A DNA stretch of 37,581 nt from Candidatus Nomurabacteria bacterium (GTDB lineage: Bacteria > Patescibacteriota > Minisyncoccia > Phycocordibacterales > UBA2100), in contig CALRIB010000001.1 in assembly GCA_943359705.1 (NCBI GenBank), forward strand, positions 1-37,581. Reading direction: 5' to 3'. Below the pieces are notes generated by a model. The model was not told the origin of the DNA and did not search any database. It saw only the letters and a list, made by a program, of their open reading frames with translations. The translations under genes and the position numbers were made by a program. Of the stretch, positions 1 to 8,127 are shown one piece after another (positions within the stretch are counted from its first letter, which is position 1; each line of letters begins with the position of its first letter).

Positions 1-695
1 CGGAAGTGATGTTGCAGCAGACGCAGGTATCGCGAGTGAGGGAGAAGTATGCGGAGTTTCTCAACGCCTTTCCAAGCGTCCGAACATTGGCAAGGGCGCC
101 CCTCGGCAGTGTGCTCAAGATTTGGTCGGGCCTTGGGTATAACAGGCGAGGGAAATATTTGCGCGATGCGGCAAAAGTAATTGTTGAGAAGTATGGCGGT
201 AACTTCAGAAAGGCACTAGAACATCCGTTGCCCGGAGTCGGGCCATATACGAGAGCTGCCGTTCGAGCCTTTTCGTTCAATGAGCCCTGTGTATTAATCG
301 AAACAAATATTCGCGCCGTGTATATGCATCATTTCTATACTAGTGTTTTGCAAAAGACTAGCATAGCGGATAGTGAGATTTTTCCTTTAGCAGAAGCCGC
401 GGGAAGAGGGCAAGATCCGCGAACGTGGAACTGGGCGCTGATGGATTATGGCGCGTACCTCAAGCGTTCCGGTGTTCGGAACAATGTGCGGAGCGCACAT
501 TACACCAAGCAATCGAAGTTCGAAGGCAGTCTACGGCAAGTGCGGGGAGAAATTCTCCGCCGTTTGATGAAGGGGGAAAATGGGAAAAAAAGGGAAGACC
601 TGCCTGCCGGCAGGCAGGAATGGAAAAAGGCGCTCGCTTCGCTCGCGCGCGACGGGCTTATCGTAAAAGACGGGAACCACTGGAGGATTGCATAG
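1..695 (+). CDS. HhH-GPD DNA glycosylase, MutY/EndoIII-like (5' partial, frame open to window edge)
   Basis: N-terminal EVMLQQTQV motif at the window edge. HhH-GPD signature LPGVGPYTRAAV and catalytic-Asp context NWALMDYGA. No Cys4 FeS loop after the HhH and no NUDIX domain. The C-terminal ~60 aa looks winged-helix-like. Confidence 0.8.
   Translation, partial: EVMLQQTQVSRVREKYAEFLNAFPSVRTLARAPLGSVLKIWSGLGYNRRGKYLRDAAKVIVEKYGGNFRKALEHPLPGVGPYTRAAVRAFSFNEPCVLIETNIRAVYMHHFYTSVLQKTSIADSEIFPLAEAAGRGQDPRTWNWALMDYGAYLKRSGVRNNVRSAHYTKQSKFEGSLRQVRGEILRRLMKGENGKKREDLPAGRQEWKKALASLARDGLIVKDGNHWRIA
599..618. repeat. 20-bp perfect GC-rich palindrome CCTGCCTGCCGGCAGGCAGG embedded in-frame in the glycosylase CDS (encodes LPAGRQ)
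   Basis: Read directly from the sequence. A second 18/20-identical copy lies at 15846-15865. Confidence 0.9.
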
Positions 696-696
696 C

Positions 697-966
697 TTAC
701 GCCGCCCCTTTCAGTTTATCTGCCTTCGCTTTTTTCCGTAAGAAATACACTCGGGTAGTCCAGCCCGGAAATATGCTTGTGCCTACCATGAATTCCGAAA
801 GCGCCGTCGTGAAGGTCCAGCCGAAATTGCCGGATCCAAAAATATCTATGCCCTCTGATTTGCCGGCGAGCCACAGCGCACCTAATGTTATAGGACTTTC
901 AGCCACATTTGTCACCTGAAATATGCTCACAAAGTCGCCGACGATGGCGATGAAGTACATAATCAT
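697..966 (-). CDS. hypothetical small membrane protein (89 aa from the ATG at 966; the track ORF start at 1038 is a TTG)
   Basis: Hydrophobic N-terminus MIMYFIAIVGDFV. A TACAAT box at 973-978 lies 6 nt upstream of the ATG at 966, matching the leaderless pattern seen across the window. Confidence 0.45.
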   Translation of the reverse strand: MIMYFIAIVGDFVSIFQVTNVAESPITLGALWLAGKSEGIDIFGSGNFGWTFTTALSEFMVGTSIFPGWTTRVYFLRKKAKADKLKGAA

Positions 967-1039
967 ATTTACATTGTACCTCTTGGCGGGGTTAGCTTGA
1001 AAGAAAAAGGGAAGTGGCGCATAGCGTAATATAGACAAA

Positions 1040-1064
1040 ACGGCAAGACTGACCGTCTTGCCGT
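1040..1064 (-). terminator. hairpin terminator downstream of the 74-aa gene
   Basis: ACGGCAAGAC-TGACC-GTCTTGCCGT forms a 10-bp stem. On the minus strand it is followed by TTTGTCTAT. Confidence 0.5.
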
Positions 1065-1090
1065 ATTAACGAACCGCTTCAACGGCCCGT

Positions 1091-1315
1091 TTACTTCTTT
1101 GCGCTCACCACCAGAACCGGTTGGGACAGTTCGACGTAACCGGCGTCGAGTTTTTTCGGCGCGACATGCGGTTCCTCCTTGGTCGATTTCTTATTGCGGA
1201 ATCTGCATTTCTTGACCGATTTGACGGGGTATTGCATTCCGGCGTCGTCTGCGACCAACACCTCCGTGTTGTCCGGAAGATGTGCGGTTGACCTTCTCAG
1301 ATTACCCAAATTCAT
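1091..1315 (-). CDS. hypothetical basic 74-aa protein
   Basis: A GGAG Shine-Dalgarno lies about 9 nt before the ATG. A TACTAT -10-like box sits at 1362-1367 (minus). A terminator hairpin follows. No recognisable motif. Confidence 0.5.
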   Translation of the reverse strand: MNLGNLRRSTAHLPDNTEVLVADDAGMQYPVKSVKKCRFRNKKSTKEEPHVAPKKLDAGYVELSQPVLVVSAKK

Positions 1316-1383
1316 GGCGGAATCTCCGTTAGCGGCGGGGTTGCGTGTGCCGACTGCGACTATAGTAATCCGTCAAAAGGTTG

Positions 1384-3300
1384 TCAAACACTCACGATAA
1401 CCGGGATGACGATCGGGCGTTTCATGGTGCGCTGGAGCAGGAAGCGGGAGACGGATTCGGCGAGGTCATCGCGGGCGGCGTCGAGGTCGGCGGCGCGGGG
1501 GTTGCGGAGTGATGTTTCTACACTTTTGCGGATGATGAGACGAGTTTGGTCCATCAGGTCTTTGTTGTCACGCAGATACACGAAACCGCGCGAGATGATG
1601 TCAGGAGATTTGTGTAATTTACCGGTGCGGCGGTCTACCGTAGCCACGACGACACAGAAGCCTTCCTGTCCGAGTGCTTTGCGGTCGCGCATCAGGACAT
1701 CGGAGAGTTCGCTCACGGTCTGCCCTTCCACAACGCGGAGTTCTGACGGCGCTTTAACGGAGAGCTTCACGATCTTCTCGCCGCCGTTCTGGATTTCGAT
1801 GATGGAGCCGTTGTCGGGGATGGAAATATTCTTTTGGTCGACGCCCATCTCAACGGCGAGGTCGGCGTGGACGCGAAGCATGTAATGGTAGCCGTGGACG
1901 GGGATGAAGAATTTGGGTTTGATTTGGCGGTGAATCCACGAGGCTTCTTCTCTGTTGCCGTGACCGGAGGCGTGCACGTCGCTCGCGTGGTAGGTGATGA
2001 TGTGCGCGCCCTGGCGCGAGAGGTTGTCTTTGAGTTTCTGCACAGCACGCTCGTTGCCCGGAATGACGGAGGAAGAGAGGACGATGGTGTCGCTCGGCTG
2101 CAGGCGGATATATTTGTGCGTTTTGTTGCCGATGCGGGCGAGTGAGGCGAATTCGTCGCCTTGCGCGCCGGTCGCGAGAATGATGATGCGCTCCGGCGGG
2201 TACTGGCCCATGTTCTCCACGGCGACGACGGTGTCGTCTTTGTATTTAATGAGGCCGATTTCACGCGCGATTTCGATGTTGGTGCGCATCGAGCGGCCGT
2301 CAATGACGATTTTCTTGCCGAATTGTTCGGCGAAGTGCACGACGCGGATGAGACGCTCGAGGTGAGAGGCGAACATGGCAACGATAAGGCGACCCTTTGT
2401 ATCGCGGATGATGGCTTCAAGTGTGCGGTACACCGTGGACTCCGGAATGGAGAAGCCCGGTTGCCAAACGTTGGTAGAGTCCATGAGTAGCGCCAAGACT
2501 TTGCGGTGTTTGAAGATGCCGAATTCCTGGTGTTCTTCTTCGGAAGGTTCGCCGCCTTCATGGTTGAGCTTGATGTCACCGGTGAAGACCACATCGCCCT
2601 GCGGCGTTTCGATGATGATACCCATTGAGTCGGGCACGGTGTGTGTGACGCCGAAGAAGCGAATGGTCGTCGCGCCGAGTTTCAAGACTTCGCTCTTCTC
2701 GACTTCGCGGATGTTGGTCGGCGGCAGGTGGGTAAACTCTTCCTGGCGCTTTTTAATCATCATGCCCGTGAGTTTGCGGGTATAGATGGTGGGGTTCCCG
2801 ATGCGGTCGATGATGTACGGAATGCCGCCGATGTGGTCGAGGTGGCCGTGCGAAATGAGGAGTCCGCGGATTTTGTCGCGGCGCTCTTCGAGATAGCTCG
2901 TGTTGGGCAGAATGTAGTCGATGCCGGGCGTCTCGTCTTCGCGGAATTGGAATCCGCAGTCGAGGATGAAAATGTCGTTACCGACTTCGACGGCGGTCAT
3001 GTTGCGGCCGATTTCTTCGACGCCGCCGAGCGGGATGATGCGTACGCTGTCAGATGCGAGCGGGGGGACGACGACGACGGGTCGGCGCTCCGAGGGAGCC
3101 TGGTGCTCTACGCGGCTGCGTCCGCGACGCGGCGGGTGAGAGGGTCGGCCACCGCGCCCGAAGGATCGGCGTCCGCCTCCGCCTCCGCGTTGCGGCATCG
3201 GGCGACCACCCGGTCGATTGTGCTGCGGCGGGCGCGGCTGACCCGGCGTGTGTCCGGGAGTTCCGGAAGGTTGAGGATTGGGCTGTGAAGTATTGTCCAT
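1384..3300 (-). CDS. rnj: ribonuclease J (metallo-beta-lactamase/beta-CASP) with an ~80-aa Pro/Gly/Arg-rich N-terminal extension
   Basis: HGHLDHIGG motif, beta-CASP region and C-terminal domain. Collinear with RNase J from VRIIPLGGVEEIG onward. Confidence 0.92.
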   Translation of the reverse strand: MDNTSQPNPQPSGTPGHTPGQPRPPQHNRPGGRPMPQRGGGGGRRSFGRGGRPSHPPRRGRSRVEHQAPSERRPVVVVPPLASDSVRIIPLGGVEEIGRNMTAVEVGNDIFILDCGFQFREDETPGIDYILPNTSYLEERRDKIRGLLISHGHLDHIGGIPYIIDRIGNPTIYTRKLTGMMIKKRQEEFTHLPPTNIREVEKSEVLKLGATTIRFFGVTHTVPDSMGIIIETPQGDVVFTGDIKLNHEGGEPSEEEHQEFGIFKHRKVLALLMDSTNVWQPGFSIPESTVYRTLEAIIRDTKGRLIVAMFASHLERLIRVVHFAEQFGKKIVIDGRSMRTNIEIAREIGLIKYKDDTVVAVENMGQYPPERIIILATGAQGDEFASLARIGNKTHKYIRLQPSDTIVLSSSVIPGNERAVQKLKDNLSRQGAHIITYHASDVHASGHGNREEASWIHRQIKPKFFIPVHGYHYMLRVHADLAVEMGVDQKNISIPDNGSIIEIQNGGEKIVKLSVKAPSELRVVEGQTVSELSDVLMRDRKALGQEGFCVVVATVDRRTGKLHKSPDIISRGFVYLRDNKDLMDQTRLIIRKSVETSLRNPRAADLDAARDDLAESVSRFLLQRTMKRPIVIPVIVSV

Positions 3301-3313
3301 ACTAGATTGTTAA

Positions 3314-5089
3314 TTAATTAGTTTTGTCGCTGAATATATTCCACACACGCTCGGTCTCGGTGTACCACTGGTACACGTTCGCAAAGCGTTCAGCGGGTGA
3401 TGTGAGCGCGCCGAGTGCAGCGCCATGCAGTTTTGGCGGTACCACATAGAGGAAGTCGGGCGCATACAGGAAAACAGCCGGCGCGTCTTTTTGCACGAGC
3501 GATGCGAATTGCGTGTAGAGTTTTTCGCGCTCTTTGCCGTCGGTCGTTGCGCGCGCGTCGGAAAGCAGAGCGTCCACTTTGACATTGGCATACAGCGCGA
3601 GATTGAGACCGGGGTCGTTGCGCTGACTCGAGTGCCAGAAGGCGAACAGATCAAGCGTGCGCCCCACTACTTCTCCGAAGAGCACCGCGTCGTACGCGCG
3701 CGGCCGGATAATAGTCGAGTTTAGCTCCGACAGCGAGTACACATGAACGTCGACCGGGATGCCTGCCGCTCGCCACGAGGCGGCGAGTATTTCGGCTGTG
3801 TGCGAGAGCTCCGGTTCGTCCGCGGTCGCAAGCGTGAAGGAGAGCGTGTTCTTGCCCTTTTTCCACGCGCCGGCCGCATCGTCAAATTTCCATCCGCCGC
3901 GCAAGAGGATGGTCCGCGCCGTCTCCGCATTCGGTGTCGAAGAGGCGAACGTCGAATGTTTTTCGAGAGGCGCAGGAACTGCAGCGACGTTCGCGCCCAA
4001 AAGCCCGGGCGGGATAGGACCCTCGAGCGTCGCCCCGTAGCCTCGAAGCACTTCGTTGACGAGCGCTTGTTTGTCGACTGCAGCGTTCAATGCGTCGCGG
4101 GCCGAAGCATCGGCAAGTGCCGTGTTCTTGTTCTGATTGAAAAAGATACCGAATGTGCGCGGCAAAACCGTGCGCACGATAGAAGTGTCGGCCTTTAGCT
4201 CGGAGACCTCGGACGGTGTGATGCCGGCGAAACTGTCGATGTAGCCGGAATTGTACGCGGCGACAAGCCCCTCCTCATTGGGGTAAAACAAGAAGGAGAT
4301 CTTTTTCAGGTAGGGTTCGCCGAGCGTAAATTGTTTGAACGATGCAAGCGTGTAGCGAGTCGCCGAACCCGTGGCGTCGGTGGCCAAACCCGCGATGCGG
4401 TACGGACCGCTGCCGACCGGGTGCGTGTTGAGCGGACTGAACGGGAATTCTTCGGCGGAAATGTTTTGCCAGAGATGCTGCGGCAGGATACCGAGTGTTG
4501 TGTTCTCCAAGAAGGGTGCGTACGGATGCGGGAGCTTAAAGACGACGGTTTGCTTGTCGGGGGCAGAAACAGCTACACCTTCCCAGTCGGCGCGGTGCTG
4601 ACTTTTGATGTCGGGGTTCTGGGCTTTTTGCACGGTGAAGACGACATCCGCGGATGTGACGGCCGAGCCGTCGTGGAAGGTCGCGTTGGCGCGGAGCGTA
4701 AAGGTGTAAGTCGTGCCGTCCTCCGAGATGTCATACGATTCCGCGAGGTCGGGGATGAGCGAGCCGTCGGGAAGCGCGCGCATCAATCCGGAATAGACCA
4801 GCGCCGAGAGGTCGGCATCGGGTTCGGAGAGTGTGAGCAGGGGGTTGATGAAACGTGCCGGGCCGACGACGCCTTCGGTGAGAGAGCCGCCGACCGCGGG
4901 GACGTCGACCGAAACAGCCGCGTTGGCGCCTGCCAGTAATATAAAGGTGCTACCCGCGAGTAGCGCCGTCAATATATAGAGCACCAGCCGCTCGCCGGGT
5001 GAGAAGCGGTGCAGCTTGCCTTCAAGCCCGGAGAATTTCGGGAGCGGACGGTGTCGTGTCAATTTTTCAGTATATGAATCGAGATCCAT
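3314..5089 (-). CDS. ABC-type peptide/nickel (family 5) solute-binding protein, N-terminally TM-anchored, no adjacent permease
   Basis: N-terminal TM LVLYILTALLAGSTFILLAG followed by family-5 SBP-like sequence over the full length. It lies 13 bp upstream of rnj on the same strand. Confidence 0.82.
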   Translation of the reverse strand: MDLDSYTEKLTRHRPLPKFSGLEGKLHRFSPGERLVLYILTALLAGSTFILLAGANAAVSVDVPAVGGSLTEGVVGPARFINPLLTLSEPDADLSALVYSGLMRALPDGSLIPDLAESYDISEDGTTYTFTLRANATFHDGSAVTSADVVFTVQKAQNPDIKSQHRADWEGVAVSAPDKQTVVFKLPHPYAPFLENTTLGILPQHLWQNISAEEFPFSPLNTHPVGSGPYRIAGLATDATGSATRYTLASFKQFTLGEPYLKKISFLFYPNEEGLVAAYNSGYIDSFAGITPSEVSELKADTSIVRTVLPRTFGIFFNQNKNTALADASARDALNAAVDKQALVNEVLRGYGATLEGPIPPGLLGANVAAVPAPLEKHSTFASSTPNAETARTILLRGGWKFDDAAGAWKKGKNTLSFTLATADEPELSHTAEILAASWRAAGIPVDVHVYSLSELNSTIIRPRAYDAVLFGEVVGRTLDLFAFWHSSQRNDPGLNLALYANVKVDALLSDARATTDGKEREKLYTQFASLVQKDAPAVFLYAPDFLYVVPPKLHGAALGALTSPAERFANVYQWYTETERVWNIFSDKTN

Positions 5090-5137
5090 GGCGCGTTAGT
5101 ACGCGCTCGGCGCAGCCGCGGAGGCGGGCGCAAGCGG

Positions 5138-5389
5138 TTAGCTAATTAATAGATTAATGAGTGCCGAGAGGGCAAAAAGAATACCAAGAGTAATAGTGGC
5201 ATAGAAGAGTGTTTTCTCCAAGCCGCGGCGGGTGTGGAAACCCGACGAAAAGTTGTCAGCGCCGAACGCTCCGCCGAGCGCAGCCCCGGTGCGCTGCAAA
5301 AGCACGCACACAATGAGCAGCACGGAGAGTGCTATCTGCACGTACGGCAACACTGACTGGAGGAAACCCATCGCCGAAAAGCCTACCAT
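5138..5389 (-). CDS. secG: preprotein translocase subunit SecG
   Basis: Two-TM ~80-aa protein with the LLQRTGAALGGAFG core typical of SecG. Confidence 0.8.
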   Translation of the reverse strand: MVGFSAMGFLQSVLPYVQIALSVLLIVCVLLQRTGAALGGAFGADNFSSGFHTRRGLEKTLFYATITLGILFALSALINLLIS

Positions 5390-5408
5390 GAGCCTTTTTA
5401 AAACACAA

Positions 5409-5432
5409 ATGCCACGAAATCATTCGTGGCAT
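5409..5432 (-). terminator. hairpin terminator after the 132-aa membrane protein gene
   Basis: ATGCCACGA-AATCAT-TCGTGGCAT, followed on the minus strand by TTGTGTTTTAAAAA. A second GC hairpin lies at 5439-5464. Confidence 0.5.
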
Positions 5433-5478
5433 CTTCATGCGGCGGCCCCAGATTGGGCCGCCGCTCGATATGGCGTAG

Positions 5479-5877
5479 TTATTCCAACTTACGCGTTAGA
5501 ACAGTATGCCCGCCGAGTTTCTCGATCTTGACTCCTTTACCCTCAAGCTCTTGCCGCTCATGAGGTTCAAGATTGTTGATCCAACGGCCACGGCGATAGG
5601 GAAACGCCCTCGCGTAGTTCCGCTCGATTGGGAGTTGGAATCCCAAGGGTGCACCACCGATTCGCGCAGAGCGAATTACGCTGAAACCGTCCCATGGTTT
5701 CAGAAATATCGCCATGCGCACTTCGCGACGAAGGACTTCCTCCACTTCGAGGAGTCGAGCGATTGGCAGTTTGACAACGGTTCCAAAGCGGATGCATGCC
5801 GATATGTATCCGCACGAGAGCCACAACGTTGCGACAGCCACAAACCATAGCCACAAGGGGAAATCGGGTATTGTCAT
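5479..5877 (-). CDS. hypothetical membrane protein (132 aa)
   Basis: A GGAGG Shine-Dalgarno lies 8 nt before the ATG at 5877 (the track start at 5892 lacks one). N-terminal TM LWLWFVAVATLWL. Confidence 0.5.
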   Translation of the reverse strand: MTIPDFPLWLWFVAVATLWLSCGYISACIRFGTVVKLPIARLLEVEEVLRREVRMAIFLKPWDGFSVIRSARIGGAPLGFQLPIERNYARAFPYRRGRWINNLEPHERQELEGKGVKIEKLGGHTVLTRKLE

Positions 5878-6029
5878 CAGAGAACCCTCCATGCGGAAAA
5901 TCCCGCTAGTCGGTATTATGTAACTTTTCTATAATAAATCAAGTTGACCAAAAAGGCCGTTTTCATTTACATTATCTCCGTCGCAGCGTATGCTGCACAT
6001 CTCATTTAGCAGCTCTCAGTCATTTTGAT

Positions 6030-6353
6030 ATGAAAAAAGATCCAGAAGCCAAGATAAACATCCACCCGCTTGCCGACCGCGTACTCATTAAGCGCGTTGA
6101 CGCAAACGAAACGAAATCGCCCTCCGGCATCATCATCCCCGACACCGCCACCAAGGAAAAGTCGAAGATTGGTCTCATTATCGCCGCCGGCCCGGGCCGT
6201 TTCGGCGAAGAAGGCGACCTCATCCCGACGAGTGTGAAAGCCGGTCAGAAAGTTTACTTCAACGCCGGCTGGGACAATGAGGTCAAGCTCGACAAGAGTG
6301 ACGACGAATACTTCCTCGTTCGCGAATCCGACATCCTCGGCATCATCAAATAG
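6030..6353 (+). CDS. groES: co-chaperonin GroES
   Basis: LADRVLIKR...SGIIIPDTAKEK-type GroES sequence, placed immediately upstream of groEL. Confidence 0.95.
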   Translation: MKKDPEAKINIHPLADRVLIKRVDANETKSPSGIIIPDTATKEKSKIGLIIAAGPGRFGEEGDLIPTSVKAGQKVYFNAGWDNEVKLDKSDDEYFLVRESDILGIIK

Positions 6354-6381
6354 TCATTAGTCATAAGTCATCAGAAAAAAC

Positions 6382-8028
6382 ATGGCAAAACAAGTTATTT
6401 TCGACCAGGACGTACGCAACGCGCTGAAGCGCGGCGTGGACATCGTCGCCAACGCGGTCAAAGTCACCATCGGTCCCCGTGGCCGCAACGTCGCGCTCTC
6501 GAAATCGTGGGGCGGCCCGACCATCACCAACGACGGTGTTTCTATCGCGAAGGAAATTTCTCTCGCAGACAAATTTGAAGACATGGGCGCGAGCATAGTG
6601 AAGGAGGTTGCTACCAAAACCAACGACAAGGCAGGTGACGGCACCACCACGGCCGTGGTACTCACACAAGCGATTGTGCACGAGGGCTTGAAGCGCACTG
6701 CGCTCGGCGCCAACGCGATGATGGTGCGCCGCGGTATCGAAGCGGCTGCCAAAGACGCAGTGGCTGAACTCAAGAAAATGTCGAAGCCGGTTCACGGCAA
6801 GCAGGAAATCAAGCAAGTCGCCAGCATCTCAGCTGAATCAGAGGAATTGGGCGAAAAAATCGCCGAAGTCGTCAGCAAAGTGGGCAAGGACGGCGTCGTC
6901 ACGGTGGAGGAATCGCAGGCCACCGGCATCGATTCCGAATACGTGGAAGGCTTGGAGTTCGACAAGGGCTACGTGTCGGCCTACATGATCTCAAACGCTG
7001 AGCGCATGGAAGCGGAAGTCAAAGACGCATCCATCCTCATCACCGACAAGAAAATTTCCGCAGTCAAAGACATCCTCCCGCTGCTCGAAAAAATTGCACA
7101 ATCGGGAAAACGCGACCTCGTCATCATCGCCGACGACGTGGAAGGCGAAGCGCTCACCACGTTTGTGGTCAATAAATTGAAAGGCGTATTCAACATCCTC
7201 GCGGTCAAAGCGCCGGGCTACGGCGATCGCAAGAAAGAAATGCTCGCTGACATCGCGACGACCGTCGGCGCGCAGGTCATCTCCGAAGACCTCGGTACCA
7301 AACTCGAGAACGCGGAGCTCACGATGCTCGGGCGTGCGAATCGCGTCGTGGCCACCAAAGATTCCACCATCATCATCGGCGGCAAGGGCAAAAAGAGCGA
7401 CATCGAGTCGCGCGTCGCCCAAATACGCAAACAGCTTGAGAATACCGACTCGAAGTTCGACAAAGAAAAGCTTGAGGAGCGCGTGGCCAAGCTCACCGGC
7501 GGCGTGGCCGTCATCCGCGTGGGTGCTGCCACAGAGACCGAGATGAAATACTTGAAAGACAAGATCGAGGACGCGGTCAATGCGACGAAAGCTGCGATTG
7601 CCGAGGGCATCGTACCGGGTGGAGGCGCAGCGCTCGCAAAAGTAGGCGAGAAGCTGGGCAAGAAAATTGACCCGAAGGCGCACGATGAGTACACCATCGG
7701 GTATCGCATTCTTCTCTCCGCGCTCTCCGCGCCCTTCCTCCAAATCTGCAAAAATTCCGGTCGCGAGGACGGCGCCGTGCTTTTGAAAGAAATCGTCTCG
7801 AAGCAGGGCGCGTTCGGTTTCAACGCCGCAAGCGAGAGTGAGGAAGCGCAAATCGTCGACATGTATGAAGCCGGCATCATCGACCCGGTTAAGGTGACAA
7901 GAAGCTGCGTGGAAAATGCCGCATCGGCATCAGCCGTACTTCTGACCACAGAAGCAGCGGTCGCAGATATTCCTGAAGACAAGAAAGCTCCTACGCCGGG
8001 AATGGGTGGAATGGGGGAAATGGATTAA
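6382..8028 (+). CDS. groL: chaperonin GroEL
   Basis: Full-length GroEL, including AGDGTTTA and the C-terminal GGMGGM-like tail. Confidence 0.98.
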   Translation: MAKQVIFDQDVRNALKRGVDIVANAVKVTIGPRGRNVALSKSWGGPTITNDGVSIAKEISLADKFEDMGASIVKEVATKTNDKAGDGTTTAVVLTQAIVHEGLKRTALGANAMMVRRGIEAAAKDAVAELKKMSKPVHGKQEIKQVASISAESEELGEKIAEVVSKVGKDGVVTVEESQATGIDSEYVEGLEFDKGYVSAYMISNAERMEAEVKDASILITDKKISAVKDILPLLEKIAQSGKRDLVIIADDVEGEALTTFVVNKLKGVFNILAVKAPGYGDRKKEMLADIATTVGAQVISEDLGTKLENAELTMLGRANRVVATKDSTIIIGGKGKKSDIESRVAQIRKQLENTDSKFDKEKLEERVAKLTGGVAVIRVGAATETEMKYLKDKIEDAVNATKAAIAEGIVPGGGAALAKVGEKLGKKIDPKAHDEYTIGYRILLSALSAPFLQICKNSGREDGAVLLKEIVSKQGAFGFNAASESEEAQIVDMYEAGIIDPVKVTRSCVENAASASAVLLTTEAAVADIPEDKKAPTPGMGGMGEMD

Positions 8029-8048
8029 GAAAGGGAACAAGAGAAACA

Positions 8049-8073
8049 AGCGGCCGCCCTACGGGCGGCCGCT
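8049..8073 (+). terminator. GC hairpin after groEL
   Basis: AGCGGCCGCCC-TAC-GGGCGGCCGCT forms an 11-bp stem. The T tail is weak. Confidence 0.6.
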
Positions 8074-8127
8074 GTCGTATTCACAGGCTCACCACGCAGC
8101 ACTCCAAAGCACTGCTATCATGAAGCT

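Noticed and set aside
1406-3305. Many 70-275-aa ORFs in other frames over the RNase J locus. Similar ORFs cover groEL, nrdJ, hisS, lepA, murJ and the ABC exporter.
   Set aside because: These are typical high-GC shadow ORFs with Arg/Ala/Ser-rich composition and no motifs. Each is fully nested in a strongly supported gene.
5990-6030. CIRCE/HrcA operator upstream of groES (TTAGCAGCTC at 6006-6015 resembles the TTAGCACTC half-site).
   Set aside because: No matching GAGTGCTAA half follows at the 9-nt spacing. Only one degenerate half-site is present.
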